Source: Mobula hypostoma (Eukaryota). From it: a DNA stretch of 64,000 nucleotides. Where the stretch lies: contig NC_086108.1 of the NCBI RefSeq assembly GCF_963921235.1, forward strand, positions 98,024,001 through 98,088,000, given 5' to 3'. Position 1 is the first letter of the stretch. The number at the start of each line of letters is the position of its first letter. Shown one piece after another: positions 50,693 through 62,998 of the stretch. The position numbers and the translations under genes were made by a program. The notes under the pieces were generated by a model, which worked only from the letters and a program-made list of their open reading frames with translations, did no database searches and had not been told where the DNA came from.

Positions 50693-50840
50693 ATGAAGAA
50701 AATCTGCAGCTCCTTTGTCAAACTGAATGTTCTTTGCAATGAAATCAAGAGTTTCCTTATGGTATGGAGTTTCCAGGTGAGCCTCAATCTCTTGCTCCTC
50801 CGTAGTTCGAAACTTACAAAGGGAGCATGTGAATGCATTC
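50693..50840 (-). CDS. ZNF326: ZNF326 exon, first AKAP95-type C2H2 zinc finger ([49 protein letters not shown])
   Basis: C-x2-C...H-x5-H finger matching the AFTCSxCKFRT motif. tttaaag| acceptor, |gtaggt donor, phase 2 to 0. Confidence 0.95.
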
Positions 50841-51124
50841 CTTTAAAAAAAAAGAAATTCTTTTCAGTTGCACGACTTGGACAAAAATTTCCAAATCCTA
50901 TAAATTGTAGATCAATTTGAAGGGACAGGAAGCTTGTGCTTCCTATTCCTCAGTAGATTCTAATGCTTTTCTGGTTACATCCAGCCAAAATCTAGCTCAG
51001 GTTCACTATACTTCAGAAAATTCAAATGTCATATACTCACACAGTTCATTTAAAAATACAGTATCAAAACTTTGAAAAGTTTTGTAACCAGTCTTCATCT
51101 GGTAACTTCAGGATTTTATTTGTC

Positions 51125-51780
51125 TCTGATTTAAACAGCAGAGTGGAAGGGAGGGTTAGCAAGTTTGCAGATGACACAAAGGCTGGTGGAATTGGGGATA
51201 GTGTAGGTTGTCGTAGATTACAATGGGACATGACACAGAGCTGAGCTGAGAAGTGGCAAATGGATTTCAACCTATAAATGTGTGAAGTGAATCACTTTGA
51301 AATTTGAATCATCTCAACGCAGTATATAGTATTATTGGCAAGATTCTTAGTAGTGTGGAGGAACAGAGGGATGTTAGAGCCCATGTCCATATATACTTTA
51401 AAGTTGCCATGCAGGATGATGATTTTATAGATGAGTACAAGTTGATGAGGGGAATAGATCGAGTGGCTGCTAGAGACTTTTCCCAGGGTAAAAATGGCTG
51501 ATGAGGGGACATAATACTAAGCTGATTAGAAAAAAGGATGGGGGCATGTCAGAGTTAAGAGTTTGTTTCATATACTCAGTGGTAGGTGAGTGGAACACCC
51601 TACTAGGACTGGTGGTAGAGGCAGACACACTAGGGGCATTCAACAAACTCTTAGGTTGTTTCAACAAAAAAATGAAGGGTTATGTAGGAGAGAAGAGTTA
51701 GATTGATCTTAGAGTAGGATAAAAGGTCAGCACATTGTGGGCCAAAGGGCCTGTATTCTGCTGTCATGTTTTATGTTCTT
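51125..51780 (+). mobile_element. Degraded CR1 RT/3' fragment (intronic)
   Basis: VSKFADDTK; CR1 3' tail. Confidence 0.75.
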
Positions 51781-52359
51781 AACCCTTTCTGACACTTACT
51801 TGCTGGCCACTAGCTTTACTGTTTCTGACATCAAATTTCTCGAAGTCTTGGCATTATCATTTTTATTCTCTCTTCGTTTTATTTCTCTGCAGGAACTGCC
51901 TGGAATATTTCTGTACACAAATGCTGCCTCACTGCAAAGTTATTCCAGTGTTTTTTCATTTTATCTTTACAACATTTAAGGACAAGCAGATGTAGCTTAA
52001 CCTGCAATGAACTAGTGCTCACCACATCCACTCTCAACTTCAGGCAGTTAAACACACTGCTTAATTTTCAAAAATACATATTGACCAAAAGCTATTTCTT
52101 TACTATAGTTAAATTTTATTTGTTAAATATACAATTAGTATCCAACTCTCCACATTTCAGAAAGTGAAACACGGCTGATTATTTTTTGGAAGTTAAATAC
52201 AAAGGACAAGCAATAACAAGTTCACCTACAAATATGCAAACATGACTCTTGGAAAACTTATTCCTCGTTTCCCCTAGTGCTTTCAGTAATAAATTCCAGA
52301 AACCCTAAATTCATGAAATATACTTTTAGTAATGTTTCAACTTAAATAGAGCTTTGACC

Positions 52360-55300
52360 AGCGGTTAATCCGGACAGCAGAAATTTGGAGCGGAGGGGAC
52401 TTCAATCAGGTGCACCACTCGAGGATAAAAGGCAGGAGCGGTTCACAGCAGCGTAATAAAGATTTGGCCAATCAGCGTTTGGGATTAATCAGCATGAGCA
52501 AATTAAAGGAATGCAGGGGCAAGCGCAGGGGCCAACATCTTGAGTGGACCCAGAGTGGTGATCTTAAGGCTTTAGCTCTTTGAGGCTTCACTCAGAGAAA
52601 GTAAAGGTAAGAAAAGCAAGTTCTTTTTCCCCTTCTCTTCTTTATATCTTCTCCAGGTAGGTAGAGATGACAGGCAGGATAGTGCAAAGCGCCTCTTGCG
52701 GGCTGTAGGAAGGCAGGGAGACCTCCAGTATCCTTGACCACAACTGCCAGAAGTGCATCCAGCTGCAGCTTCTAACAAACCGTGTTGAGTTGGAGGTGCA
52801 ACTGGATGAACTCAGGATCATTTGGGAAGCTGAAGGCCTGTGTCCTGCACCTTGGTGCAATTACCTTTCTCTAAGTCTTATGTATCAACCCTTCAGTCTC
52901 CCAGATGACCCTCAGTTCATCCACTTCCAAAGATGCAGGACATGGGCAACTGGGTGACAGTCAGGAAGGGGAAAGGAGTTAAGGAGCCAGTTCAGAGCAC
53001 CCCTGTAGCCATTGCCCTCAACAGGGGTATCACTTTAAATACTGCCAAGGAAGGGGTTGGGGGAGAGAATGACCCAAGAGAGGAAAGTCACTGTGGTTGG
53101 GTCTCTCTTGCACTCAGTCTGCCTCTGTGATTCAGACAGGAAGGGGGAAGAAAAGGCATGCTGTGGTGATGGAGGACTCGTTAGTCAGGGAAACAGACAG
53201 AAAGTTCTGTAACGATAACAAAATTCCCAGATGGCATGTTGCCTCCCGGATGAGATATCTCAGATTGAGTCCTCGGCCTTCTTAAGTGGGAGGGCAAACA
53301 GCCAGAAGTTGTGATCCATGTAGGTATCAATGACATGGGTAGGACGAGTGACAAGATTCTGCATAGGCAGTTCAGGCGCATAAGGCACAGGATATATCTC
53401 CTAACGAGGAAGTAGTGTTCTAAAGGAAAGATAACACAACCTTGGCTAACAAGAGAAGTCAAAGCCAACATAAAAGCCAGAGATGCAATATAATTAAGCA
53501 AAGATTAGTGAGAAGTTAGAGGATTGGGAAGCTTTTGAAAACCAACAGAAGGCAACTAAAAAAGGTTGAGGTAAAGATTGACTATGAAAGCAAGCTAGCC
53601 AATAATATTAAAAGAGATACCAAAAGTTTCTTCAGATACATAAAGTGTAAAAGAGAGGTGAAAGTGGATATTGGACTACTGGAAAACGGTATCGGAGAGC
53701 TAGTAATAGGGACAAAGAAACAGTGGACAAACTGAATAAGTATTTTACATCAGCCTTCACTGTGGAAGACACTATCAGTATGGTGGAAGTTCCATGTATC
53801 GGGGGCATGAAGTGCAGGAGTACAAGAGCAAGGAATGTGATGTTGAGGCGTTATAAGGCACTGATGATGCCTCACCTTGAGAATTGCGAACAATTTTGGG
53901 CTCCTCATCTAAGAAAAGATGTGCTGGCATTGGAGAGGGTTCGAAGGAGGTTCACAAGGATTCTGGGAGGGAAAGAGTCATCATACGAGGAACATCTGAT
54001 GGCTGTGGCCTTGAACTCACTGGAATTTAGAAGGATGAGGGTGGATCTCATTGAAACCTTTCGAATATTGAAAGGCCTAGACAAACTAGATGTGGAAAGA
54101 ATGCTTCCCATGGTGGGGGAAGTCTAGGACAAGAAAGGACTTAGAGGGGGTCCATTTAAAACAGAGATGCAGAGAAATTTCTTTCACCAGAGGGTGGTGA
54201 ATTTGTGGAATTTATTACCACAGAAAGCTGTCGAGGCCAGATCGTTGGGTGTACTTAAGGCTGAGATTGATAGGTTCTTGAATGGACACAGAATCACAAG
54301 GTTATGGGGAGAAGGCCAGGGAGTGGGGTTGAGGAGTAGAAAAAAAAGATCAGCCACAATTGAATAATGGAGAAAACTCTATGGCGTTCGGCACGGACTA
54401 GAAGGGCCGAGATGGCCTGTTTCCGTGCTGTAATTGTTATATGTTAAGTGGCCTAATTCTGCTATGTCTTATGGCCTTATGGTCCAAATGTGTGAAGTCA
54501 TAATTAGATGGAAACTGAAATGTCTGAAGGTAGATAAGTCACCTGGACCAAATGGTGTGCATTCCAAAGTTCTGAAAAAGATGGCTGAAGTGATTGTGGA
54601 GGCATTAGCAATGATTTTTTCAAGAATCACTCTTCAAGAAGGGAGAGAGGCAGAAGAAAGGAAAGTATAGGCTAGCTAGTCCGACCTCAGTGGTTGGGAG
54701 ATGCTGGAGTCGATTAAGCATGGGTCTCAGTGTACCTAATGGTTTTGTTGCAAAGTTTGCAGATGATATGAAGTTAGCTGGAGGGCAGGTAGTTTTGAGG
54801 AAGTAAACAGGAAAGTGACTTCGACATATTAGGAGAATGGTAAAGAAATGGCAGATGGAATACAGTATCAGGAAGTGTACGGTCACACACCTTGGTAGAA
54901 GAAATAAAAGGGTTGACTACTTCATAAATGGAGAGAAAATACAAAAAACAGATGCAAAGGGACTTGGGAGTTTTTCTCTAAAGGTTAATTTTCATGTTGA
55001 GTCGGTAGTGAGGAAGGCAAATGCAATATTATTATTCGCTTCAAGTAGACTAGAATATAAAAGCAAGGATGTAATGTTGAATCTTTATAAAGCACAGGTG
55101 AGGCCTCACTTGGGAGTATTATGTGCAGGTTTGGGCCCTTTATCTTAGGAAGGATGTGAAACTGGAGCGGGTACAAAGAAGGTTCACAAAAATGATTACA
55201 GGATTGAGTGGCTTGTCATATGAAGAGCGTCTGATGACTCCGGGCCAGTATTCACTAGAATTCAGAAGAATAAAGGGTGACCTAATTGAAAACTTATCGA

Positions 55301-55820
55301 ATGGTGAAAGGTCCTGATGGAGTGCATGTGGAGGGGATGTTTCCTATGCTAGATAGATACTTTACTGATCCCAAAATGAAATTAGTGTCACAGTAGTATT
55401 ACAAGTACACAGATATAAATATTAGAAGTTGAAAGAATAAAAAACAAGTTACCGCATACAGTCTAAAAGTGGGGAGTCACCACTTCCCCAACTATAGGTT
55501 GACTCATAAAGGCTATGGTGAGAGACAGTAAGACCAGAGGACAGAGCCTCAGAATAGAAGGGCATCCTTTGAGAACAGAGATGCAGAGGAATTTTAGCCA
55601 CACAGTGGCAAATTTGTGGAATTCTTAGCCAAAGGCAGCTGTGGAGGCTAAGTCTATGTATATTTAAGGCAGATATATTCTTGATGGTCAAGGCATGATG
55701 GGATATGGGGAGAAGGCACGAGATTGGGGCTGACAGGAAAATTGGAACAGCCATGGTGAAATGGCAGAGCACAGACTCGATGGGCCAAATGGCCTACTCT
55801 GCTCCTCTATCTTATGGTCT
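52360..55820 (+). mobile_element. Cluster of degraded, deleted CR1 copies (ORF1 remnant plus at least two 3' ends), intronic
   Basis: NCQKCIQLQLL, WVTVRKGK, VIHVGIND (ORF1); ORF2 C-terminal pieces; 3' ends at about 54480 and 55820. Confidence 0.8.
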
Positions 55821-55870
55821 TAAAAGGTTGTTATTTTTCTAAAAATGGGTTCTGTAGCATTTACACATAC

Positions 55871-55985
55871 CGGTAATCCTCTCCATACTTTTCAGTGTTC
55901 TTCTCACGCCTGCGTCGTTGCTTTTCTCTTCTTGCCTCAAGTTTCTTTTTCTCCTCTTCATCTTCGGTATCAGGTTTCTTTTTAC
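55871..55985 (-). CDS. ZNF326: ZNF326 exon (GKKKPDTEDEEEKKKLEARREKQRRRREKNTEKYGEDYR)
   Basis: EARREKQRRRREKN.EKYG..YR is characteristic of ZNF326. ttaag| acceptor, CG|gtatgt donor, phase 1 to 2. Confidence 0.92.
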
Positions 55986-56071
55986 CTTAATTAGAATAAT
56001 TTATTTCTTTGAAAACTCTGTAGGAAAAATAAGTGACTGCATACTTTAGGGAAAGACTCAAACCAACTTAC

Positions 56072-56168
56072 CCTCATTTTTGTCAAAGCATTCATATGCA
56101 TCTGGTTCATATGCATCTTTAGTAAAATCTTCATCCTTCAGTTCCTGATCTGTACCTGATGCAGGAGT
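56072..56168 (-). CDS. ZNF326: ZNF326 97-bp exon (TPASGTDQELKDEDFTKDAYEPDAYECFDKNE)
   Basis: tttacag| acceptor and G|gtaagt donor. Open frame, phase 0 to 1. Confidence 0.65.
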
Positions 56169-56305
56169 CTGTAAACAGTAATTTTGAAATCTTAATAGAA
56201 TAGAATAGTACAGCACAGTACAGGCCCTTCGGCCCACAATGTTGTGCCGACCTTTAAACGTTGAGAATTATGATGAAATTTATTAAACTGCTATTCAAAT
56301 ATTAA

Positions 56306-57355
56306 CGCAAAATGCTGGAGGAACTCAGCAGGCCAGGTAGCATCTATGTACAGCTTGCAAGGATAATTCCCAGGAGGGAGATCAGTGGAGAGGGAGTCGC
56401 ATAGGGAGCGATCCCTGCTGAAAGCAGAAAGTGGGGGAAGGGGAGGAAGGAAACCACGAAACACATCTTTTCTCCCACCACCCACCCACCCCCCAACTTT
56501 CTGCTTTCCACAGGGTTCACTCCCTAGGCGACTCCCTTGTCCATTCGTCCTCCCCACTGATCTCCCTCCTGGCACTTATCCTTGCAAGTGGAACAAGTGC
56601 TACACCTCCTCCCTCACCACCATTCAGAGCCCTAAATAGTCCTTCCAGGTGAGGCGACACTTCACCTGAGTTTGTTGGGGTCATATACTGTGTTCGGGGC
56701 TCCTGGTGTGGCCTCCTGCATATTGGTGAGACCCGACATAGATTGGGAGACTGCTTCGCTGAGCATCTACGCTCCGTCCACCAGAACAAGCGAGGTCTCC
56801 GGGTGGCCACCCATTTTAATTCCATTTCCCATTCCAATATGTCCATCCATGGCCTCCTCCACTGTCGCCACACTTAGGTTGAAGGAACACCTTATATTCC
56901 GTTTGAGTAGCCTCCAACCTGAAGGCATGAACATTGATTTTTTATATTTCCAGTAATACCTACTGCCCCCTTCACAATTTCCCATCACCCTTTCCCCCTT
57001 CTCATGTTAACTCCTTGTCCATCCATCGCCTCCATCTGGTGCTTCGCTCCCCCACCCCCCCCACCCCCCCACCTTTTTCTCTTCCTTCCCTGGCCTTCTG
57101 ACTTCTTCATCAATTTCCTAGCTCTTTGCTTCATCCTTCCCCCTCCAGGTTTCACCTATTACCTTTTCTTTCTCTCCCCCACCCCACCTTTAAAATCTAC
57201 TCCTCAGCCCTTTTTCTCCAGTCCAGCCAAAAAGTTTCAGCCCAATATGTCAACTGTGCTTTTCTCCATAGATGCTGCTTGGCCTGCTGAGTTCCTCCAG
57301 CATTTTGTGTGTGTTGCTCAGATTTCCAGCATCTGCAGATTATCTCTTATTTGTG
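56306..57355 (+). mobile_element. Penelope-like element (GIY-YIG remnant, 5' inversion, terminal repeat), intronic
   Basis: VGVIYCVRGSWCGLLHIGETRHRLGDCFAEH at about 56674-56766. Inverted 5' segment 56306-56430. 13-bp TSD ATTCAAATATTAA (56293-56305 / 57356-57368). Confidence 0.88.
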
Positions 57356-57632
57356 ATTCAAATATTAAACTTTAATAATGTCACAGGAAAACAAATATTT
57401 GATATATGGTGATTGGCAATATTTACACAAAGTAAATTGATGCATTCTTCATAATTATTCCAAAAACAAAGGACATCACTGTGCAGTTTTCAGACTGATA
57501 CCTTATGTTATAAACATTCAGTTTATCGAAGATGCCCTGCTTATTTAGCAGTTGATTACAGTCAAAGTGATATTCAAGCATTGTTAAAAGAATATCTAAA
57601 ATTGAAGATTTTATCACCCACGTCTTTGATAC

Positions 57633-57673
57633 CTTAGATTCTCCATTGTTAGCCTGGTTAGCTGCCTTGGCTG
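57633..57673 (-). CDS. ZNF326: ZNF326 41-bp micro-exon (AAKAANQANNGESK)
   Basis: Polypyrimidine tract plus tttcag|cag acceptor, and AAG|gtatca donor. Phase 1 to 0 links exactly to the neighbouring exons. Confidence 0.6.
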
Positions 57674-60004
57674 CTGAAATTAAAGAGAAAATACAATTTC
57701 ATTTAATTGCAACTGCCACATACAAAAATAAATTCGAATACAAATGTTAAATTTTAAAAATTCACAGTCAATGAGTCACTAAATTTTGGATTTATTGCAT
57801 GCTTCTAATTAGTCTCAATAAAGTGACAATAAGCAACTGATTTTAAATCTCCATGAATCAAGCATCAGCTGGGAAAAATACTGAAAGGCATATAGCTTAA
57901 GAGAGATCAGCATGTAGCAGTTAGTGCTGCTGTTCCAATGCTCCAGCTACCGAAGTTCAGTTCTAACCTTTGAAGCAGTGTTGAGGTTGGATGCTATTAA
58001 TGGCCATACGGATTCCTCCTGGATGCCCTAGTTTACTCTCAAATCCCAAGGTCATGCTTGTAGATTACATATTGGTGATTACCTTTAATGTAGATGGATG
58101 ACAGGAGAATCAGGGAGGAACTCAGGGCTCCCAGAGGGAATAGGTTACAGGGCAGTGAGTGAAATGGGACTACTTTGCTGGACACCAGTACAACCATGAC
58201 TGTGGTTAAATTGGCACCTACATACAACATTCTTTCAGTCGACATCTCCTGGATAGATCATGAAACCATACATTTCACTTCCTTTGTCTTTATATTTGTT
58301 TTTAGTCTTGAATGTGATTCTGGAACTGTTGGGAGTCTGTGATTAGCAGTCTGGAGATCATTTGGGCAGTTCAGTGCTCGGCAGTCTCTGAGAGGATTCC
58401 AGAAGACATGCAGCATGTGCCAACCTCATAGCGTGCAGGCCGTGGGACAGGGCAGTGTTCAACCTAATTTCGCAGATTAAAGTGACAAGCAAGAATGAAA
58501 CATCAAAGCGAACGTGGAAGGTGAGCACCAGCTGCCTGCATTTTGATCGCCGGTGGGACTGCTCACTGCCGGAGAGGAAAAGGCCTGCAGCTACGGCCAG
58601 AGAACATTACCCTAGTTTTCTGCTTTTTGGATATGGTCTTGATCCCCCTCCCCCAGTCTTATAGTTTTTATATCCTGTGTTTTTCACCTGATCTTTCTCA
58701 TTCTTTGTGTGTAGCAGTGGGAGATTTTGGGGGTCAAGGTGCCTGTTCCATTTTTGTGCGAGGAGGGGGGATTAGGGTGTCAATGATCGTGCTGCTGTGC
58801 TTTTCTTTTTTGGTTTCATGGCCATCTGGAGAAAAAGAATTTCAGACTTGTAGACTAGGTGAGAAAACCTAGTTGAAAGGAATAATTGACGAGTGCTCAC
58901 AGGCTGTCGAAGAACGCTCAGTGATTTACTCCGGTGAATTCCACAAACTGCAATTATTGTATGTAAGCAGCATGGAGAACGAACACATGGATGAAGTAAA
59001 CCAACAAGAGTAGGCCACCTGGCTGCAGTTCTCCCTTTCAATGAGTTCAGGGTTGATATTATACCTATACTTTGCCACATGTTCAATTTCTGTCGTATGC
59101 TTCGTGACCAAGCTTCCAGACATCCAAAGATTTACCAAGCCCTGCAGTTTCCTTGCATCTGTCATAAATGGCCAAAATCCATCCACCACCAGATTTCTGA
59201 ATGGACAATGAAACCATGAACACTACCTCAGTATTTCTTTTCTCTCTTTTTGCAGTACTTTATTTGATATTTTAATATAGTTCTTACTGTAATTTAGCTT
59301 TATTATGTATTGTAATGTACTGTTGCCAGAAAAAAACAAAACCCACCATGTATGTCAGTGATACTGATTCATTATATTGAGATTGACCCCTGAAACAATA
59401 CACTTCCATTTTCTCCTCAAAGCCCACGTCTCCTGGCTCAGAATCAAACTTAGATATAGGTCACACAATCCATCCGTTCAGTCACTGTTGCATCCAGCTT
59501 CAAACTATGCAACATTCCAGAGTCTCCTAGCTGGATATCACCCATGTGCCTGTTACGTTATCCTCAATCTAGCCCAGAATATCATATTCAATTTCAATTA
59601 TCTCCCTCTCAAAGGCGTTCTGAAACTCCAAATGTATCACCAACTGGTTTGTTCTTTTCTGCTAAAAGGAAAACACTGGATAACGTCAAGTGTGACTTTC
59701 TTGTCATAAATCCCTATTAACCCTGCCAAATCCAATTATTTTGGAAGTTTTCTTACTCCTTCTTCAATTATATTTTTCAGTGGAACCCTATTAAAAGATG
59801 ATAGAACTGGAGATACACATTACAGCTACAATAATGCTTGAAGTATTCTACAGTTGTGTCTTTCAAACACAGGACATGTTTTGGGGGTTTGTGGATAGAT
59901 CACTTGCTACAAAATTTGCAGGCCAGACTGCATTTACTGCAGCACTGACCAGCAACATGAATCAAACTCATAGTCAGCAGCGACTCTTGTAACAACGGAT
60001 GCAG

Positions 60005-62486
60005 GGGGAACTGCTGGAAAACTGAAATTGAAGTTGAGGAGGACTTCATAGAATGCATCCGTGATGGCTTTCTTAAGCAATATGTTAGTGAACCCACAAG
60101 GGAAAATGCTACCTTAGATCTAGTCCTGGGCAACGAGATAGGTAAGATTAACGATCTTGTAGTCAGGGATCCTCTTGGAAAGAGCAATCATAGTATGATT
60201 GAATTTCGCATACAGACGGAGGATGAAATAGTTAGATCTAAAACTAGTGTATTATGCTTGAACAAGGGATACTACAACAGGATGAGGGAGAAGTTGGCTA
60301 ATGTGGATTGGGAGCACAGGCTATTTGGCAGGACAGTTGAGGAACAGTGGAATACTTTAAAAGAGATTTTTCACAGTGCTCAAAAGTATATTCCAGTCAA
60401 AAGTAAGGACTGTAAGTGTGGGGAGTGCCAGCCTTGGATAACTGAGGAAATAAAAGATAGGATCAAATTAAAAGCTGATGTGTACAAAGTTGCAAAGAGT
60501 AGTGGGAGACTGCAGGATTGGGAAAACTTTAAAAAGCAACAAAGAACCACTAAACAAGAAATAAGGAAAGGGAAGAATATGAAAGTAAATTAGCAAAAGA
60601 AATTTTAACAACAGCATAAGTTTTTATAAAATATATAAAGCGGAAGAGGGTGGCTAAAGTCAGCGTAGGTCCTTTGGAAGACAATAAGGGGAAATTGATA
60701 TTGGGTGATAAGGAAATGGCTGAGGCACTGAACAACTATTTTGTGTCGGTCTTCACGGTGGAGGGCACGTCTAATATGCCAAAGAATGATGTTACAGATG
60801 AAATGGGAGGTGAGGTCCTTGATAAAATCACTGTCACTAAAGAGATAGTGATGAGCAAACTAGAGGGCCTGAAGGTAGATAAGTCCCCTGGTCCTGATGG
60901 GATACATCCCAGGGTGCTGAGGGAATTGGCAGAGGTTATATTAGACACATTGGTAATCATTTACCAAAACTCTCTAGACTCTGGGCAGGTCCCAGCAGGT
61001 TGGAAGACAGCAAATGTCACGCCACTTTTTAAAAAGGATATAGGCAAAAGACGGGCAACTCTAGGCCAGTTAGCTTAACATCTGTAGTCGGGAAAATGTT
61101 TGAAGCTGCCATTAAGAAATAGCGAAACATTTAGAAAGGAGTGGTTCCATTAGACAGATGCAGCATGGAATCAGAAAGGGCAGGTACTGTTTGACAAACT
61201 TACTGGAGTTCTTTCAGGACATAATGAGTGCAGTGGATAGAGGGGAACAGGTGGATGTCGTATACTAGGGATTTCCAGAAGGTGTTCAATAAGGTGCCAC
61301 ACAAGAGACTTAAAAATAAGATACGGATGCATGGAGTTGGAGGAAGTGTATTGGCATGGATAGTCGTTTGGTTAACCAATAGAAAGCAGAGAGTTGGTAT
61401 AAATGGGTGTTTCTCCAGTTGGCAGTCGGTGGTGAGTGGGGTGCCGCAGGGGTCGGTGCTGGGCTCGCAGCTGTTTACCATTTACATTGATGATTTGGAA
61501 GAGGGGACTGAGTGTAGTGTTGCAAAATTTGCTGATGACACTAAACTGAGTGGAAAAGCAAATTGTACAGAGGATAATACTGAGTGGAAAAGCAAATTGT
61601 ACAGAGGATGTGGAGAGTCTGCAGAGGGATATAGGTAGGTTAAGTGAGTGGGCCAAGGTCTGGCAGAAGGAATACAACGTTGGTAAATGCGAGATCATCC
61701 ACTTTAGAAGAAATAATAGAGCAGATTATTATTTAAATGGTGAAAGATTGCAGCATGCTGTTGTGCAGAGGGACTTGTGAGTGCTTGTTCATGAGTCGCA
61801 AAAAGTTGGCTTGCAGGTACAATAGGTTACTAAGAAGGCAAACGGAATGTTGGTTTTCATTGCTAGAGGGATTGAATTCAAGAGCAGGGAGGTCATGCTG
61901 CAACTATACTGGGCACTGGTGAGGCCGCACCTGGAGTACTGTGTGCAGTTCTGGTCTCCATACTTGAGGAAGGATATACTGGCTTTGGAGGCAGTGCAGA
62001 GGAGGTTCACCAGGTTGATTCCAGAGATGAAGGGGTTAACCTATGAGGAGAGATCGAGTCGCATGGGACTATACTCTCTGGAATTCAGAAGAATGAGAGG
62101 GGATCTTATAGAAACATACAAAATTTTGAAAGGGATAGATACGATAGAAGTAGAAAAGTTGTTTGCATTGGTAGGTGAGACTAGAAATAGGGGACATTGC
62201 CTCAAGATTCAGGGAAGATGATTTAGGACAGAAATGAGGAGAAACTGTTTTTCCCAGAGTGGTGAATCTGTGGAATTCTCTGCCCAGGGAAGCAGTTGAG
62301 GCTTCTTCACTAAATATATTTAACATACAGTTAGATAGATTTTTACATAGATGGGGAATTAAGGGTTATGGGGAAAAGGCAGGTAGATGGAGCTGAGTTT
62401 ATGGACAGACCAGCCATGATCTTATTGAATGGCAGGGCAGGCTCAATGGGCCGGATGGCCTACTCCTGCTCCTATTTCTTATGTTT
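60005..62486 (+). mobile_element. Degraded CR1 ORF2 (APE C-terminus + RT + 3'UTR), intronic
   Basis: KSPGPDGIHP, QHG, GVPQGSVLG, KFADDTK, LVRPHLEYC; multiple frameshifts; ctatttcttatg tail. Confidence 0.92.
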
Positions 62487-62998
62487 AAGTTGAGTGGTGC
62501 TGCCAATGGCAAATGATTACAGAATGTGTGGCATCCTTACTGATGCCATGCCAGCATGGTGTCCAAACTTCTCCACAGTTGTAAAGGCAAATAATTGTAG
62601 CACTATGTAACAACTAACTTTTAAAAGCAACAAATTCACACTATTATCCAAGTAGCTATGCAAAGAAATCAAACACACTAATTTTCAACCTCAATAATCT
62701 AGAACACTACCCTGGGCAATCCCTGCTCATGTTCTAACCCCAAGATGAATCATCTCCAATGACTTCATTTTATGGATACAGCCTATAGCATCAAAATTAC
62801 ATCATGAAAAATCAATACTGTTTTCCCAAATGTTATCCAAAAAAGTCAAATTTTAAAGAACTTAATGATATTCAGAGTAAAATTAAACTAATTAACATTA
62901 ACTACTGATCTTTCTCAGTTACAAGACCACAGATTTAGTTCTTGGAAATAACCTCAAAACAAGAGTTCTTCTCAGCCAAGTGGAACACAAGTACTTAC

